A DNA stretch of 17,033 nt, from assembly GCA_964478905.1 (NCBI GenBank), contig CAYZJZ010000011.1, forward strand, positions 1 through 17,033, read 5' to 3'. Shown piece by piece: positions 15,792 to 17,033 of the stretch. Below the pieces are notes generated by a model. That model searched no databases. It saw only the letters and a program-made list of their open reading frames with translations, and was not told the origin of the DNA. The DNA is from an uncultured Eubacteriales bacterium (GTDB taxonomy: Bacteria > Bacillota > Clostridia > TANB77 > RGIG9151). The position numbers and the translations under genes are program-made. Within the stretch, counting starts at the first letter, position 1; every line of letters starts with the position of its first letter.

Positions 15792-17033
15792 CTAACCTAT
15801 CATATATTGAACTGCCTTCATAATTCCAAATTTACCGGACTCAAAAGTAAGTCCACCTTGCATATATATAATATATGGATCTCTTATTGGAGCATCTGCA
15901 CTAAGCTCTATTGATGAACCTTGATTAAAAGCTCCGGCAGCCATTATAACCTCATCAGCGTACCCCGGCATAGCCGACGGATATGGAACAGCATGTGAAT
16001 CAATCGGAGATGCACTTTGAAGTCCTTGGCAAAACTTAATTAACTTCTCTCTCTCTCCTAATTTTACAGATTGAATAATGTCATGTCTAATTTCAGTAGA
16101 GCTTGGCTCAGCTTCATACCCTAGTTCTTCCATAATCGCCGCACAGAATACAGCAGTCTTTATAGCTTGAGAAACAACGTGAGGCGCCATAAACAAACCT
16201 TGTAAAAATTGCTTATTAATACCTAACGTAGCACCTGCTTCTTTACCAATTCCGGGACTCGTAAGTCTATATGCAACCTGTTCAACATACTTGGCTTTTC
16301 CAGCAACATATCCACCAACAGGAGCAATTCCGCCACCTAAATTTTTAATTAAAGAACCGGCGATTAAATCAGCCTCATATGGTTCAATCTCATCAACCAA
16401 TTCGCCATAACAATTGTCAACAAAGCAAACAACATCAGGAAATTCCTCATGAATTTTCTTTACAACAGAATTTATATATTCAGCAGAAAAAGTCTTCCGC
16501 CAACCATATCCCTTAGATCTTTGTATTTCTATCATTTTAACAGTATTATTTCTTAAATACTCCATTACTTTTTCTAAATCTATATCATAATTTTCATCAA
16601 GCTCAATCTTATCAAACTTAACTCCAAAATCTTTAAGCGAACCTATTCCCTCTCCGACTATAACGTCGTGCAAAGTATCATAAGGAGCACCTGATATAGC
16701 AAGTAGCGTATCACCGGGTCTTAAAATTCCAAAAAGAGCCGTAGATATAGTATGTGTACCGGATATAAATTGAGATCTGACAATCGCATCTTCAGTTCCA
16801 AAAACCTCAGCATAAACACTTTCTATCGCATCTCTTCCTAAATCATTGTATCCATAACCCGAAGTTCCCATAAAATGCGCCTCAGATATTTTATTATTAT
16901 TAAAAGCATTTAAAACCTTCATTTGATTATACTCAGCTATTTTCTCTATATGTTCAAACTGCGGTTTAATCTTACTCATAGCCAACTTTGAAAGTTCTAC
17001 AACTTTATCATTAATTCCATATTTATTATACAT
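15792..17033 (-). CDS. ynbB: PLP-dependent YnbB / aluminium-resistance family enzyme (Met_gamma_lyase-like fold)
   Basis: 413 aa. Family-typical features are GTSGYGYNDLGRD, ISGTHTIS and the PLP-lysine context GSLIKNLGGG. The ATG is the last three bases of the window, so a longer N-terminus cannot be excluded, although 413 aa is about the usual family length. Confidence 0.8.
   Translation of the reverse strand: MYNKYGINDKVVELSKLAMSKIKPQFEHIEKIAEYNQMKVLNAFNNNKISEAHFMGTSGYGYNDLGRDAIESVYAEVFGTEDAIVRSQFISGTHTISTALFGILRPGDTLLAISGAPYDTLHDVIVGEGIGSLKDFGVKFDKIELDENYDIDLEKVMEYLRNNTVKMIEIQRSKGYGWRKTFSAEYINSVVKKIHEEFPDVVCFVDNCYGELVDEIEPYEADLIAGSLIKNLGGGIAPVGGYVAGKAKYVEQVAYRLTSPGIGKEAGATLGINKQFLQGLFMAPHVVSQAIKTAVFCAAIMEELGYEAEPSSTEIRHDIIQSVKLGEREKLIKFCQGLQSASPIDSHAVPYPSAMPGYADEVIMAAGAFNQGSSIELSADAPIRDPYIIYMQGGLTFESGKFGIMKAVQYMIG

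Overview
This is a low-GC Bacillota (Firmicutes)-type chromosomal segment. Hand-counted blocks run from about 22% to 47% G+C. All 17 credible protein genes lie on the minus strand and are tightly packed. I found no tRNA, rRNA, CRISPR array, transposase, integrase or repeat family. In transcription order (high to low coordinates) the genes are: a ynbB-like PLP enzyme; an OmpR-family response regulator and a HAMP/PAS histidine kinase (WalRK-like), followed by a hairpin plus terminator; mutL (endonuclease type); a strong sigma-A-like promoter driving tsaB, rimI and an 807-aa Lon-like (LonC / AAA_32 + Lon_C type) protease, followed by a terminator; a DUF177/YceD-like gene; then the F1Fo ATP synthase operon atpB-atpE-atpF-atpH-atpA-[orphan 135-aa membrane ORF]-atpG-atpD-atpC, with atpC cut by the window edge. 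Shine-Dalgarno spacing and family N-termini suggest that several ORF-track starts are too long (atpA, mutL, DUF177, the response regulator and possibly the Lon-like gene). The region is mostly core housekeeping. I do not see a multi-gene defence, mobile or otherwise clearly novel system. The best candidate for undescribed biology is the very AT-rich orphan three-TM ORF between atpA and atpG, which is apparently co-transcribed with the ATP synthase genes in an operon that lacks atpI. The second candidate is the Lon-like protease, which has an intact P-loop but a degenerate Walker B. Other observations are RNA-level: intercistronic stem-loops within the atp operon and a strong inverted repeat between the kinase and mutL.
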